Source of the DNA: Nitrospiraceae bacterium
GTDB taxonomy: Bacteria; Nitrospirota; Nitrospiria; Nitrospirales; Nitrospiraceae
Direction of reading: 5' to 3'
DNA: 64,000 nucleotides
Assembly (NCBI GenBank): GCA_050246315.1
Contig: JBFWWG010000002.1
Coordinates: 268,811 to 332,810, forward strand
Part shown: positions 30,871-40,829 of the stretch, one piece after another
Position numbering within the stretch: the first letter of the stretch is position 1
Layout of the letters: each line of letters begins with the position of its first letter
The notes under the pieces: generated by a model
What the model was told of the DNA's origin: nothing
The model's database searches: none
The model's input: the letters and a program-made list of their open reading frames with translations, nothing else
Program-made: the position numbers and the translations under genes

Positions 30871-32109
30871 ATGCGGGACCTGTTCACGATGATCCTCGCC
30901 GGAGGCAAGGGCGAGCGGCTCCATCCGCTGACCGACCAACGAGCCAAACCGGCGGTCCCCTTCGGTGGGAAATACCGGATCATCGACATCACGCTGAGTA
31001 ACTGCATCAACTCCGGTCTGCGCAAAATCGCCGTCCTGATCCAGTATAAATCTCATTCGCTTGACCGCCACATCCGCATGGGGTGGAACATCTTCAACAC
31101 CGAACTCGGCGAGTACATCATCTCGGTCCCGCCGCAACAACGGATCAGCGAGGATTGGTACAAGGGCACCGCGGATGCGGTCTATCAGAACCTGTTTCTC
31201 CTGGACACCGAAGAGTCCCCGTACCTGCTCATTCTGGCCGGGGACCACATCTACAAGATGAACTACGCGGACATGTACCAATTCATGCGCGAGAAGGCAG
31301 CGGACGCGGTCGTCGGCGCCATCGAATGCCCCGTGGCCGAGGCGACCCGTTTCGGTGTGATCGGCGTCGACGAAGAATACCGGATCCAGCGTTTCGATGA
31401 GAAGCCCAAGGCCCCCATGCACATCCCGGGCGACCCCGCACAGGCGTTCATTTCCATGGGTATTTACCTGTTCAAGACCGACGTGCTCCAAGCGCATCTC
31501 CTTGAGGACGCGCAAACGGGAACCGCCCACGATTTCGGCAAGAACATCATTCCCCGCATGATCGCCAATCAACGCGTGTTCGCCTTCAAGTTTCAGGATC
31601 GGAACAAGAAGTCGGTGCATTACTGGCGGGACATCGGCACCCTGGATGCCTATTGGGAAGCCAACATGGATCTCGTTTCGGTCGATCCCCTGTTCAATCT
31701 CTACGATCAGCGGTGGCCGATCCGCACGTACCAGGGCCAATACCCCCCAGCCAAATTTGTCTTCGCCCAAGATTTCCAAGGCGGCCGCATGGGGGTCGCG
31801 CTCGATTCCGTCGTCTCAGGCGGCTGCATCATCTCAGGGGCGAGGGTGCAGAACTGTGTCCTCTCTCCGGACGTGCGTGTGCAAGACCATGCGGATCTCC
31901 GCGAATCGGTGGTGATGGAAAATGTGGTGATCGGGCAACATGCCAAAATCCGGCGCGCGATCATCGACAAGGATGTGACCATCCCCCCTCATACGGAAAT
32001 CGGTTATGATCGTGAGACCGATCGGCAACGATTCACTATCACGGAATCGGGGTTGGTGGTCATCTCCAAAGGAATGAAGGTGCATGGCCCCGTCGATTCA
32101 TCCGGCTGA
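30871..32109 (+). CDS. glgC: glucose-1-phosphate adenylyltransferase
   Basis: [32 protein letters not shown]. Confidence 0.95.
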   Translation: MRDLFTMILAGGKGERLHPLTDQRAKPAVPFGGKYRIIDITLSNCINSGLRKIAVLIQYKSHSLDRHIRMGWNIFNTELGEYIISVPPQQRISEDWYKGTADAVYQNLFLLDTEESPYLLILAGDHIYKMNYADMYQFMREKAADAVVGAIECPVAEATRFGVIGVDEEYRIQRFDEKPKAPMHIPGDPAQAFISMGIYLFKTDVLQAHLLEDAQTGTAHDFGKNIIPRMIANQRVFAFKFQDRNKKSVHYWRDIGTLDAYWEANMDLVSVDPLFNLYDQRWPIRTYQGQYPPAKFVFAQDFQGGRMGVALDSVVSGGCIISGARVQNCVLSPDVRVQDHADLRESVVMENVVIGQHAKIRRAIIDKDVTIPPHTEIGYDRETDRQRFTITESGLVVISKGMKVHGPVDSSG

Positions 32110-33946
32110 CCTGCTCTCAACCCTCCGGCACAAGCATCTGACGCCTGCCATCGTCTTTCTAACCTCGCGACGCGCGTGCGACGACGCCATGCAGGCTTTG
32201 GCGCAGATACCCTCGCCCGTTCCACCCGAACGACAGGACGCCATCGCGCGGGTCCTCGACGGTGTGACGGCTGAATTTCCCAGCATCGCCGAGCACCCAC
32301 TGCGCGACACGGTCCAACGAACCGGCGTCGCCGCGCACCATGCCGGCCATCTGCCGTCCTGGAAGATCGCGGTCGAAGAGTTGATGCGCCGAGGCTGCCT
32401 CGACGCGGTGTTCGCGACCACCACCCTGGCGGCCGGCGTCGATTTCCCCGCCCGCACCGTCGTGATCACGCAGTCGAGCGTCCGGAAGGCCCGCGATTTT
32501 ACCGATCTGACCGCGAGCGAGATCCAACAACTGTCCGGACGCGCGGGACGGCGTGGGAAGGATCTGGTGGGGTTCGCCGTCGTGACCCCTTCCCCCTACA
32601 TCGACCTTCGCCATATCGCCAAGGGCCTCACGGGGCATCCGGAACCGATCGACAGCCAATTCGTAATCACCTATCCGATGGTCCTCAACCTCCTGAAGGC
32701 CCATCCGCTCGATCATATCCAGGCCATCCTCGCCAAAAGTTTTGCGCAGTTTCAACTCGATCAACGGGCCGAGCGGCTCCAGGAAAAACTCGATACGTTG
32801 GAAGCGCAGATGGCCCCCTACGGACCGCGAGAGTGCACCGACTGGATCACCCAATGGAACCACTTCGACCTGGCCCGGCGCCGGAAGCCCCACAGGCCCT
32901 CCGTCCATCGGCAAGATCCGCCCGAGATCGCGGCGCGCCTCTCGTTTGTCACACCCGGCCGTCTGGTAAGTCTCGGGAAAACCCGCGCGATCGTGCTGCG
33001 CGAGTATCGCAGCCGAGGACAACGCAGCCCCATGCTCACCGTGTTGCGGAACGAAGGCTCCATTACCGAGATCCCGGTCACCTTTGTCACCGAGGTGCTC
33101 GATCGAACCTTCGAGGTCAAGGAGACACGCGCCTTTCCCTGGACCACCCCCGAGTCCCTGCACCGACTGGTCGAGGAACTCACGGAGTTGCCTGCCCGCG
33201 TGCCGGCGCTGCCGATCCTCGTCACCGAGCAAAGAGATCAGATTCCCGATGAATTGATCGCACAAACGTTGGATGATTTCCCCTGCCCAACCTGTCCGTC
33301 CCGCCAGGCCTGCCAGAAGGATCAACCGGCGGCGCTCAAGCAGCGGCAAGAGATCGGTAGGACGACCAAGGCCATTCAAGCGCTCCGCACGAGCCTCTGG
33401 CACCGATTCCAAGAAAAGGTGGAGGTGCTCCAGCAGTTGGGATATCTATCGGCGACGGCGCAATTGACCGCCGACGGCGAATGGGCGCGATTGATCAGGA
33501 TCGATCACTCCCTCTTGATCACCGAGCTGATCCGAGCCGAGGCCTTCTCCGCCATCGAGCCGGCCTTGCTCGCGGCGGTCATGGCCAGCATCGCCCACGA
33601 TGACGACCGACCCGGCGCTTTTCCTCGCGCTACGGCGGGACTCAGCACCGTGCTGAATCAGGTTCGGCGACTGGCGCATGAATTGGCCGCCTTCGACGAA
33701 CCGCCGCTGCTCCGAGGCGATATCGCGGCACTGACGGAACGGTGGGTGGGCGACTCGGCCCTCACCTGGATCGGCCTTTGCCGCACGACCACCATGGCAG
33801 AAGGAGACATGTATCGACTCTTTGCGCGCACCTTGGAATATCTGTCTCAGATCGAGAGCCTGCGGTCATCTCACCCAAGCCTGGCTGATACAGCAGCCCG
33901 AGCCATTACCAACCTCCGGCGCGGCGTGCTCGAGGAACTACCTTGA
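32084..33946 (+). CDS. Ski2/HelY-like helicase, C-terminal half (RecA2 plus C-terminal helical domains)
   Basis: PAIVF (IV), HHAG, FATTTLAAGVDFPA (V), QLSGRAGRRG (VI); no Walker A/B. Confidence 0.85.
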   Translation: MAPSIHPADLLSTLRHKHLTPAIVFLTSRRACDDAMQALAQIPSPVPPERQDAIARVLDGVTAEFPSIAEHPLRDTVQRTGVAAHHAGHLPSWKIAVEELMRRGCLDAVFATTTLAAGVDFPARTVVITQSSVRKARDFTDLTASEIQQLSGRAGRRGKDLVGFAVVTPSPYIDLRHIAKGLTGHPEPIDSQFVITYPMVLNLLKAHPLDHIQAILAKSFAQFQLDQRAERLQEKLDTLEAQMAPYGPRECTDWITQWNHFDLARRRKPHRPSVHRQDPPEIAARLSFVTPGRLVSLGKTRAIVLREYRSRGQRSPMLTVLRNEGSITEIPVTFVTEVLDRTFEVKETRAFPWTTPESLHRLVEELTELPARVPALPILVTEQRDQIPDELIAQTLDDFPCPTCPSRQACQKDQPAALKQRQEIGRTTKAIQALRTSLWHRFQEKVEVLQQLGYLSATAQLTADGEWARLIRIDHSLLITELIRAEAFSAIEPALLAAVMASIAHDDDRPGAFPRATAGLSTVLNQVRRLAHELAAFDEPPLLRGDIAALTERWVGDSALTWIGLCRTTTMAEGDMYRLFARTLEYLSQIESLRSSHPSLADTAARAITNLRRGVLEELP

Positions 33947-33953
33947 GCTGCCA

Positions 33954-34023
33954 AGGACTGAGGACTGCGGACTCGGGACCGAGCGGGGTCCTCTCTCGGT
34001 CCTCAGCACTCAGCACTCAGCAC
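33954..34023. repeat. heptamer repeats AGGACTG / TCAGCAC in inverted arrangement
   Basis: Read directly between the two helicase genes. Confidence 0.6.
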
Positions 34024-34031
34024 CTCCAACC

Positions 34032-35096
34032 ATGACAACCGAGGAACTCGAACAACTCATGGTGCAGCAACCGTTGGGCTTGTTGCATCGCCTGGCCCGT
34101 GGACGGGTTCCCCGCCATTTCCGCATGGGCAAGCGACGGCTAATCGAAATCCTCCTCAGACAGTCGGCAGACAATCGGCTCGGGTTCGAATCGGACCTGC
34201 TGGCCCTCATCGGCGACCGCGCCCAACGGGACCGGCAATCACATCCCGGCCCGCCCCATGCACGGCCGGCCGCGCCGACGTACCCAGGGCGAGCGGCAGA
34301 ATCGAAAACCCAAGGCCACGATCCCGAGCCGCGCGAGCCTGGCGTGTCGCTCGCTGCGTTTTTGGACGGAATCGGGGTTCCGGAGCCGGGTCCCTTCGTG
34401 CCGGATCCTTGGCAACTGGAGGCGCTGGACGCGCTGGTCCAGACCGACGTCATCGTCAGCGTCCCCACCGGAAGCGGCAAGACCTATGTGGCGGTCGAAG
34501 CCGCGCGTCGCGCGATCGAGGCCAACCGCACGGTCATCTACACCTCGCCGCTGAAGGCGCTCTCAAACACGAAGTTTACGGAGTTTTCCAGAATTTTTGG
34601 GCCGGACCAGGTCGGGATCCTGACAGGAGATCGGCGGGACAATGCGCAGGCCCCGCTGCTTATCATGACGACGGAAATCCTACGGAACCTGCTCTACGAT
34701 GCGGCCGGCGGGGAGATCGATCTTCGTCTCGACCAACTGGGCCTGGTGATCCTCGACGAGTCACAGTACCTGGCCGATCCTGAGCGAGGCGTCGTGTGGG
34801 AAGAAACCATCATCTTCTGTCCGGCACAAGCCAGATTGCTGTTGCTCTCGGCCTCGATCGGCAATCCGCAGGACATCGCCGATTGGCTGACGCACATTCG
34901 CCCGTCGCCTTGCCGACTGGTGAAGCATGCGCGCCGGTCCGTCCCCTTGCGCGCCGGCTATCTCCACCCCAACGGCAAATTGACCCCGTTGTTCCGCACC
35001 GTGGGGATTCCTCCGGGACACGGCCATCACCTGCACCCCGAGACCCTTCGCCTATTCCAACAGTACGAACAGGAGACGATCGGACATCGCGGTTGA
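34032..35096 (+). CDS. Ski2/HelY-like helicase, N-terminal half (RecA1)
   Basis: PDPWQ, PTGSGKT, PLKALSN, TTEILRN, DESQ, LSAS; stops after RxVPL. Confidence 0.85.
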   Translation: MTTEELEQLMVQQPLGLLHRLARGRVPRHFRMGKRRLIEILLRQSADNRLGFESDLLALIGDRAQRDRQSHPGPPHARPAAPTYPGRAAESKTQGHDPEPREPGVSLAAFLDGIGVPEPGPFVPDPWQLEALDALVQTDVIVSVPTGSGKTYVAVEAARRAIEANRTVIYTSPLKALSNTKFTEFSRIFGPDQVGILTGDRRDNAQAPLLIMTTEILRNLLYDAAGGEIDLRLDQLGLVILDESQYLADPERGVVWEETIIFCPAQARLLLLSASIGNPQDIADWLTHIRPSPCRLVKHARRSVPLRAGYLHPNGKLTPLFRTVGIPPGHGHHLHPETLRLFQQYEQETIGHRG

Positions 35097-35232
35097 GCGT
35101 CACTTCGTCGAACGGCAAGCGTCAATCGTCAGAGCATAGGTCGTCCGCGCTGCTCACATCTTCGGTTCCTCAAACCCTCGACGGATGACGCCTGACGACA
35201 ATTCGAAGCGGCCCGGCTCTTTCACCGGCCGG

Positions 35233-36267
35233 CTAGAATAGGTAGCGCAGGCCGAACGTCACGCCCTGACGGCTGGTTCGGAATTGCGTCAAGGGAACGG
35301 TGACGCCGCCACCGCCGACCGGAAAATTCTCCCACTCGCCGTCCAGAGTTCGGTTCCACCAAAATCGATACCCCACGTCGAAGAACAACCGTGAGAGGAG
35401 TTGTACGCTGGCGCCGCCTTCGAGCTGCGCACCGATCCCCCACCCGGTCATGCGGAAGCTGGGGTTCTGCTGAAGATCCGTCCGCAACTGATGCACGTCT
35501 TCGTCGGTCAGCCAGGTGATGGGCAAGAAGGCCGCACGCCCCGTCACGCTTACCCGCCGATGCAGTCGGATCTCCGTGTCGAGCCCGAGTTCAATCGATC
35601 GCCAGATCTGTGTGTTCGTGATCACGGTCTCGCCGGCATTCGACACGGTGCCGGCCGGATTGCATTGAATCGGAGACGGCGCCAGCGCCGTGCATTCAAG
35701 CTGCGTGACTCCGGTCGCCTGGTGCCGTTGCGTCCAATATTGAAAGCCGGCGAACAGATCCAGTCGGCCACGACGTCTGGGAAAGGTCCAGGCCCGGCCA
35801 CCGACCTCACCCTGCACGTACCAACTCTGGCTCCCTTCCACGTTGCTGAATGTGCGTGAAAATCGATGCGCCCCGGACACGGTCGTGCCGAACGATGCCG
35901 CTCCTTCTGCGCTCACGAAATCGTCATCCACCAGCCTCCCACCGCCGATGTCGGCGAATCCGAACGCCGCTCTCGCGAACCACCGCTCTCGCAGGGTGGC
36001 CTTGGCGGACAGCTCGACGAAGTTCGCAGCGACATCCTTATAGTCGAGCGTGGACGAGGGATTGCCGAGCGCGGAACTGACGCCTGAGGCATTGTGACTC
36101 CAAGTCGTGTTGCCGGTCGTGATCCAGGCTGACAAGCCGACATCGAACCGGAGCGGGCGAGTTGGTGTTCCGTTGCCCGGCGGAGCAGCAGCATGCGCCT
36201 GAAGCCCATGAAGCACCAAGAGGCAGGCGACCGTGGCAACTGTGTGTAGCAGCCTTTGCATCGCCAT
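35233..36267 (-). CDS. outer-membrane beta-barrel protein (omptin-like)
   Basis: Signal peptide ending AHA; amphipathic strands; terminal LRYLF. Confidence 0.7.
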   Translation of the reverse strand: MAMQRLLHTVATVACLLVLHGLQAHAAAPPGNGTPTRPLRFDVGLSAWITTGNTTWSHNASGVSSALGNPSSTLDYKDVAANFVELSAKATLRERWFARAAFGFADIGGGRLVDDDFVSAEGAASFGTTVSGAHRFSRTFSNVEGSQSWYVQGEVGGRAWTFPRRRGRLDLFAGFQYWTQRHQATGVTQLECTALAPSPIQCNPAGTVSNAGETVITNTQIWRSIELGLDTEIRLHRRVSVTGRAAFLPITWLTDEDVHQLRTDLQQNPSFRMTGWGIGAQLEGGASVQLLSRLFFDVGYRFWWNRTLDGEWENFPVGGGGVTVPLTQFRTSRQGVTFGLRYLF

Positions 36268-36293
36268 GGGTGTCAGGCAACAACTTTTCCCAA

Positions 36294-36350
36294 CCCGCAT
36301 GATTCATGAATGCTCTGCCTGCAACCGCCGCGCGACCCGTTGCAGAACGG
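36294..36350. mobile_element. partial MITE, copy 3
   Basis: CCCGCATGATTCATGAATGCTC...GCGACCCGTTGC matches the ends of copies 1 and 2; second TIR not seen. Confidence 0.5.
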
Positions 36351-36531
36351 AGCAATCGGTCCGGCGATCGACACCCTAAGGTCCTCGTTGCTCGGAGTAT
36401 GCGGCGGGTGAAACGTCACACAGTGTCGTGAGCCATACGGACTTCGGACACACACTCGATGGGAAGAAACTGCGGAGGAATGGCCGCACCGTCGCGCACC
36501 GATCGACTTCAATCGAATCGTCCGGAGGCCC

Positions 36532-36828
36532 TCATCTGACTCCACCGCGTTGGATGATCACGGTATCGGCGCAGCGTTCCATGTTATCCGGCATGATGCG
36601 TGCGCAGGCCGCTCGAATGTCCTTCATCATCCTGTCGTGGTCCAGATACTGCGCAAACCAGACCAGCCACGTTCCTGCGGCCGTCAGCACCAGAAGCGCG
36701 AGTCCTGCATAGGTCAATCGCGCCAGGCTGCATGCCGATCCCCGCATCGGAACCGATCCGGCATCCTCAGCGCTCCTGCCCTCATTCGGTCCGTCTTGTC
36801 GAACGATTGGCATCACGGGTCTCACCAT
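36532..36828 (-). CDS. hypothetical single-TM protein
   Basis: GGAG RBS, one TM segment, two Cys in the C-terminal part. Confidence 0.55.
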   Translation of the reverse strand: MVRPVMPIVRQDGPNEGRSAEDAGSVPMRGSACSLARLTYAGLALLVLTAAGTWLVWFAQYLDHDRMMKDIRAACARIMPDNMERCADTVIIQRGGVR

Positions 36829-37180
36829 TTGCGTTCTCCGGTCGATCCTACCTCACAATGAGGAGTTCCCCTACCATCTCTCATTTTCAGACAGACTCAC
36901 CTCCCTTCGCTCCTTGCTCTTCACTCATCCTTGCTCTCCATTCAATGGATCTACTGTCACAGTTTTGACGACAGTCATTGAAGGGCGATCACTACATTTC
37001 TACAGCCGATGTACAAACGTATCGATTGAGGTCGAATCGAAATACTCCAATAACTCAGTGAGTCCTGTGAAAATTGGAACGCACATCGATTGAATATGAC
37101 TGGCATGTGAATTGCTGTCCATCACGCAGCACTTACCGCATATCACTCACAGCCAGTTTCACTCTACAAGAGGTCCCATC

Positions 37181-38920
37181 ATGGACTGGGGTCGATTTGA
37201 CCGGACAAACATGCTGCTTGAGGCTCAATGGTCCTATGAAGGTTGGCGCCGGTTGCTCCTACTCTTCTCGGTAGCATTCGGAACTCAGATCTTGGTCATA
37301 CCAGAGAGCTTCGCCTTATCGGTGAATCCCTCCCAAATGACATTTACGGCCACAGCGGGAGCCGGTGCGCCGGCCAATCAGACTCTCTCGCTGACCAATT
37401 CGAGTTCCGGCGAATATCAATGTGAATCAAGCGCATCATGGTTGACGCTCTCTACCAATTACGGGACGTTCTCGGGGGGATCCGCTCAAATATCTGTATC
37501 TGCCAACACGTCTGGGATGTCGGCGGGGATTTACACCGCGACGGTTCAATTTTGGATCTGGGGCGGAAGCGATCCGAACACCTATACGCCCGCCGTGACC
37601 GTCACGCTGAACCTGACGACAGGCGGCGGAGGTGGCGGTGGCGGCGGAGGTGGCGGTGGAACCGGCCCCAGCATTGCGCTCTCACCCACGTCCCTGTCTT
37701 TCGCTGGAACAGCCGGGGGAAGCAATCCGGCGGCTAAGACGGTTTCTCTCACCAATCCAGGAGGCAGCACGTTATCAACGACCTGGGCCTCAAGCGATGG
37801 ATGGCTCGTGCTGAACAGATCGACACATTCGACCAGAACGGAAACCGATACGGTGACGGTGACTGCGAACATATCTGGCCTAGGAGCTGGTACGTATCAG
37901 TCAATCATTACGATATCCGGAAATGCCTCGAACAGCCCACAGCAGATCCCCGTGACGCTCACGGTGGCTCAGCCAGGAGGAGGAGGCGGCGGCTCCAACC
38001 CGGTCTTGAGCGTCAATCCCTCAAGCCTGACCATCAATGTGCCGGCCTGGTCATTGGACCAGGTGACTCAGTACATCAATATCTCGAACACAGGCGGCGG
38101 GACGCTCAATTGGAGTGTCTCTGATCCGGTGGATTGGCTATGGAAAGATGTCGACAGTGGGAACGGCAACTATGCGCTTAAGATCGACGTGTTCCCGGAC
38201 TATTTCGGCGGCGCGCCCGGCACCTATACTACGTCCGTGACCGTCACCTCGTCCGGCGCTTCCGGTTCACCCAAAACCATCCCGGTGACGCTGAATATCG
38301 GATCAACCTCTGGAGGAGGTGGCGGCGGAGGTGGTGGAGGTGGTGGCTCCAGCCCGGTTTTGAGCGTCAGTCCCTCAAGCCTGACGTTCAATCTCCCGGA
38401 ATGGTCCTGGGACTCGGCCACGCAATACATCAACATCTCGAATACCGGCGGCGGGACCCTCACCTGGACGGCGAGCGATCCGGTCGATTGGTTGATTAAG
38501 AGCGTCGATGGCGGGACCGGAAATGGGAGCCTGCAGATCGATGTGTACCCCGGCTATTTCGAGGGAGTGCCAGGCACCTACAAGACCAACGTCACGATCA
38601 GCGCCTCCGGCGCCTCCGGTTCGCCGAAAACGATTCCGGTCACCATGAATATCGGAGGAGGTTCGGGAGGTGGTGGAGGAGGCGGGTCTGCCAGCGTGAC
38701 CTTGACCTGGAATGCCAACGGTGAATCCGACCTGCAAGGGTACAGAGTTTACTATGGAACCTCTTCGAGGAACTACAGCACGAACACGGACGTCGGGAAG
38801 GTGACGTCCTACACCGTCAGCGGGCTCTCCACCGGAGCCACCTACTACTTCGCGATTACGGCGTTGGATACGTCCGGCAACGAAAGCAGCTTTTCGAGCG
38901 AAGTCTCGGCCTCCCGCTAG
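37181..38920 (+). CDS. exported protein with four BACON-like Ig domains, poly-Gly linkers and C-terminal FN3
   Basis: Repeated SV.PSSL.F...WL...GTY...IPVT; FN3 LTW...GYRVYYG...YYFAITALD.SGNES; start codon uncertain. Confidence 0.85.
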   Translation: MDWGRFDRTNMLLEAQWSYEGWRRLLLLFSVAFGTQILVIPESFALSVNPSQMTFTATAGAGAPANQTLSLTNSSSGEYQCESSASWLTLSTNYGTFSGGSAQISVSANTSGMSAGIYTATVQFWIWGGSDPNTYTPAVTVTLNLTTGGGGGGGGGGGGGTGPSIALSPTSLSFAGTAGGSNPAAKTVSLTNPGGSTLSTTWASSDGWLVLNRSTHSTRTETDTVTVTANISGLGAGTYQSIITISGNASNSPQQIPVTLTVAQPGGGGGGSNPVLSVNPSSLTINVPAWSLDQVTQYINISNTGGGTLNWSVSDPVDWLWKDVDSGNGNYALKIDVFPDYFGGAPGTYTTSVTVTSSGASGSPKTIPVTLNIGSTSGGGGGGGGGGGGSSPVLSVSPSSLTFNLPEWSWDSATQYINISNTGGGTLTWTASDPVDWLIKSVDGGTGNGSLQIDVYPGYFEGVPGTYKTNVTISASGASGSPKTIPVTMNIGGGSGGGGGGGSASVTLTWNANGESDLQGYRVYYGTSSRNYSTNTDVGKVTSYTVSGLSTGATYYFAITALDTSGNESSFSSEVSASR

Positions 38921-38931
38921 TGCGGTGCCCT

Positions 38932-38963
38932 CGGAGGGTGAGAACAGCCGTTCTCACCCTCCG
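38932..38963. terminator. 14 bp stem-loop after the BACON gene
   Basis: CGGAGGGTGAGAAC-AGCC-GTTCTCACCCTCCG. Confidence 0.6.
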
Positions 38964-39191
38964 TTCAAGCGCTCACGCTTATCCATGCGCCCTGTCCGAC
39001 CGTGCCTTCAGCGTGATCTGCTCAGGAACAAATTCTGGTGCCGCCTCGCTCACACCCCAGCCTGACAGCTCGAACACACGGAGGCCTGGTACTGCCCTCG
39101 CTGTCAGATGCACCGATACCAGTAGGCAAGCGGATACGGTGTCCACGCTTGACCCTCTCTCCCTCAGCACTGTATAAGAAACGGCTCTGCT

Positions 39192-39267
39192 GCGCCCGTA
39201 GCTCAATGGATAGAGCACCAGACTACGGATCTGGGGGTTGGGGGTTCAAGTCCCTCCGGGCGCGCCA
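39192..39267 (+). tRNA. tRNA-Arg(ACG)
   Basis: GCGCCCG/CGGGCGC acceptor stem, CCAGA-CTACGGA-TCTGG anticodon arm, TTCAAG loop, CCA end. Confidence 0.97.
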
Positions 39268-39270
39268 CTC

Positions 39271-39305
39271 AGCCTCGCCGCTTCTGTCGCGGGGCTTTCT
39301 TATTT
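39271..39305 (+). terminator. putative intrinsic terminator after the tRNA
   Basis: AGCCTCGC...GCGGGGCT followed by a T-rich tail. Confidence 0.45.
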
Positions 39306-39602
39306 CCCGTTCTTCCATGCGGTCTTTGATGAAGCAGCCTAGTCATAGCTCAGTGCTGGCGAGTGCTGCCCAGTCATGCTGACTTGTGCCAAAATCGGGT
39401 GGCCGAACACACAGATTACACACGCTCCCGTCGTTAAGGGCATCTCGCACCGCATCCGGACAGTTCGGATATACTTTCCAAAGACCAAGGGTCTCGGGAT
39501 CCATCACATGAGGCAATCTTTTGGTGCAGCCGATACCGGATGAGCCCCAAGCAGACCTTCGAAAGAAGCTCAACATCGGCTTAATCAGTCTGTGGGTCTG
39601 AG

Positions 39603-39658
39603 AGAGCAGCGGATTCCTAAACCGCGGGTCGCACGTTCAATTCGTGTCGGGGGCACCA
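39603..39658 (+). pseudogene. 3' fragment of tRNA-Arg(CCT) (att-site scar)
   Basis: AGAGCA-GCGGA-TTCCTAA-ACCGC-GGGTC-GCACG-TTCAATT-CGTGT-CGGGGGC-ACCA; 5' acceptor strand and most of the D arm absent. Confidence 0.75.
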
Positions 39659-39863
39659 ATCTTGTCCTCTCTCTGAACGCGTCAATCGCCGCTCTGGAGG
39701 CTCCAATCACGCATTGATCCCCATCCGCACTCTGCCCTCGCAGCTCCGATCATTACCGACACCAACTGACCTCAGCCGACCGCACGGTGGACGATCGGTG
39801 GACACCCCCCTAGCTAGCTCGATCAGGATTCATAGTGGTCGAACCCACTTTGTGCAAATCAGG

Positions 39864-40031
39864 AGAGCACAGCCCTGAAGAGTCCTTCCGTCACTTTGTT
39901 ATTCTCGTTCTCTCCTTCCTTAGCCCTTTCAATTCATTCGTACTTTCCGCAAACGATCTGATCCCTGTCCTCCGTCTGTTTGGGACTTTTTCTGTGGATA
40001 AGTGGGAACTGGTTGCACTTTTGTTGGCACT
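39864..40031 (+). repeat. ~168 bp direct repeat, copy A (tRNA-Phe fragment plus att-like arm)
   Basis: Aligns by eye with 58937-59105; contains TGTGGATAA and tandem GCACT motifs. Confidence 0.85.
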
Positions 40032-40078
40032 TTCCAAGATAGGACTTTCGTCTTCGTTAAGGTACGATGGCTCGGGAA

Positions 40079-40705
40079 TCATTTCTTTTCGTGCCGTTCA
40101 TCACCTCTCATCCCGGGCTGCCAGGAGGATGAATCGGTCTTCAGAAGAGTCGAGTTACTCTTAGGGCTCCACACCTGCCCGGAGAATTGTGCATCGAGCG
40201 GAGTCTTCGCAACGTGATTCACGTAGTTGCTCATGATTTTCAGGGCCAGAAGAGTAATGATTTCCAAGATATGTCGCTCGCGATACCCTACCCTGGCGTA
40301 ATGCTCAAGATCTTCCTTCGGCACCCAACCACGATGATACAATATCGACAACACGAGTCCCCGCAGGGCATTCAGTCTCTTGTCTGACAGAGGCTTCTGT
40401 TGCCGCAATTCCTTGAGAATGTGGTCCGGCATCCCGGCCATTTCTGCCAGGGTTGAATGGTCCGCGACGCAATAGGCACAGTCGGTCGTGACGCTGATAG
40501 TCAAGGCCACCACCTGACGTTCGATCGGCGACAACACACTGTCCTGAAGCGCGTCACTCACACCTGTGTAGGCACGGAGGGCCACCGGTGACTCGGATAA
40601 GACGGCGAAGTAATTCGGCACGAAGCCGTATTTCCGCTCGACCTCCTCAAGAATCGGCCGCGAGGCCTGGGGCGCAGTGGAGCTGGTATGAATCCTGAAT
40701 TTCAT
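40079..40705 (-). CDS. carboxymuconolactone decarboxylase/AhpD-family protein
   Basis: YGFVPN, CAYCxxxH, SNYVNH. Confidence 0.85.
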   Translation of the reverse strand: MKFRIHTSSTAPQASRPILEEVERKYGFVPNYFAVLSESPVALRAYTGVSDALQDSVLSPIERQVVALTISVTTDCAYCVADHSTLAEMAGMPDHILKELRQQKPLSDKRLNALRGLVLSILYHRGWVPKEDLEHYARVGYRERHILEIITLLALKIMSNYVNHVAKTPLDAQFSGQVWSPKSNSTLLKTDSSSWQPGMRGDERHEKK

Positions 40706-40829
40706 GTCAGGTCCTTTCGTGAATCAGGAAAAAGAATCGGACTGTCCTCGCTTTCCGCAAGATCCTCCGTTGGGTCCCATCAAAAGCTGATGGTGGCCTC
40801 CTTGCCGGATCGCGGTTTGAACCCGGCCG

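Noticed and set aside
32159..33412. Long antisense ORFs (also 14908-15873, 20701-21624, 23005-23868, 30856-31779, 41726-42595)
   Set aside because: Shadows of well-supported genes on the opposite strand, expected at high GC; no recognisable motifs
39603..39658. Functional tRNA-Arg(CCT), and likewise tRNA-Phe at 58917
   Set aside because: Each lacks part of the cloverleaf; treated as att scars
39993..40001. DnaA box as a sign of oriC
   Set aside because: Single boxes inside a dispersed repeat; no box cluster or dnaA/dnaN nearby
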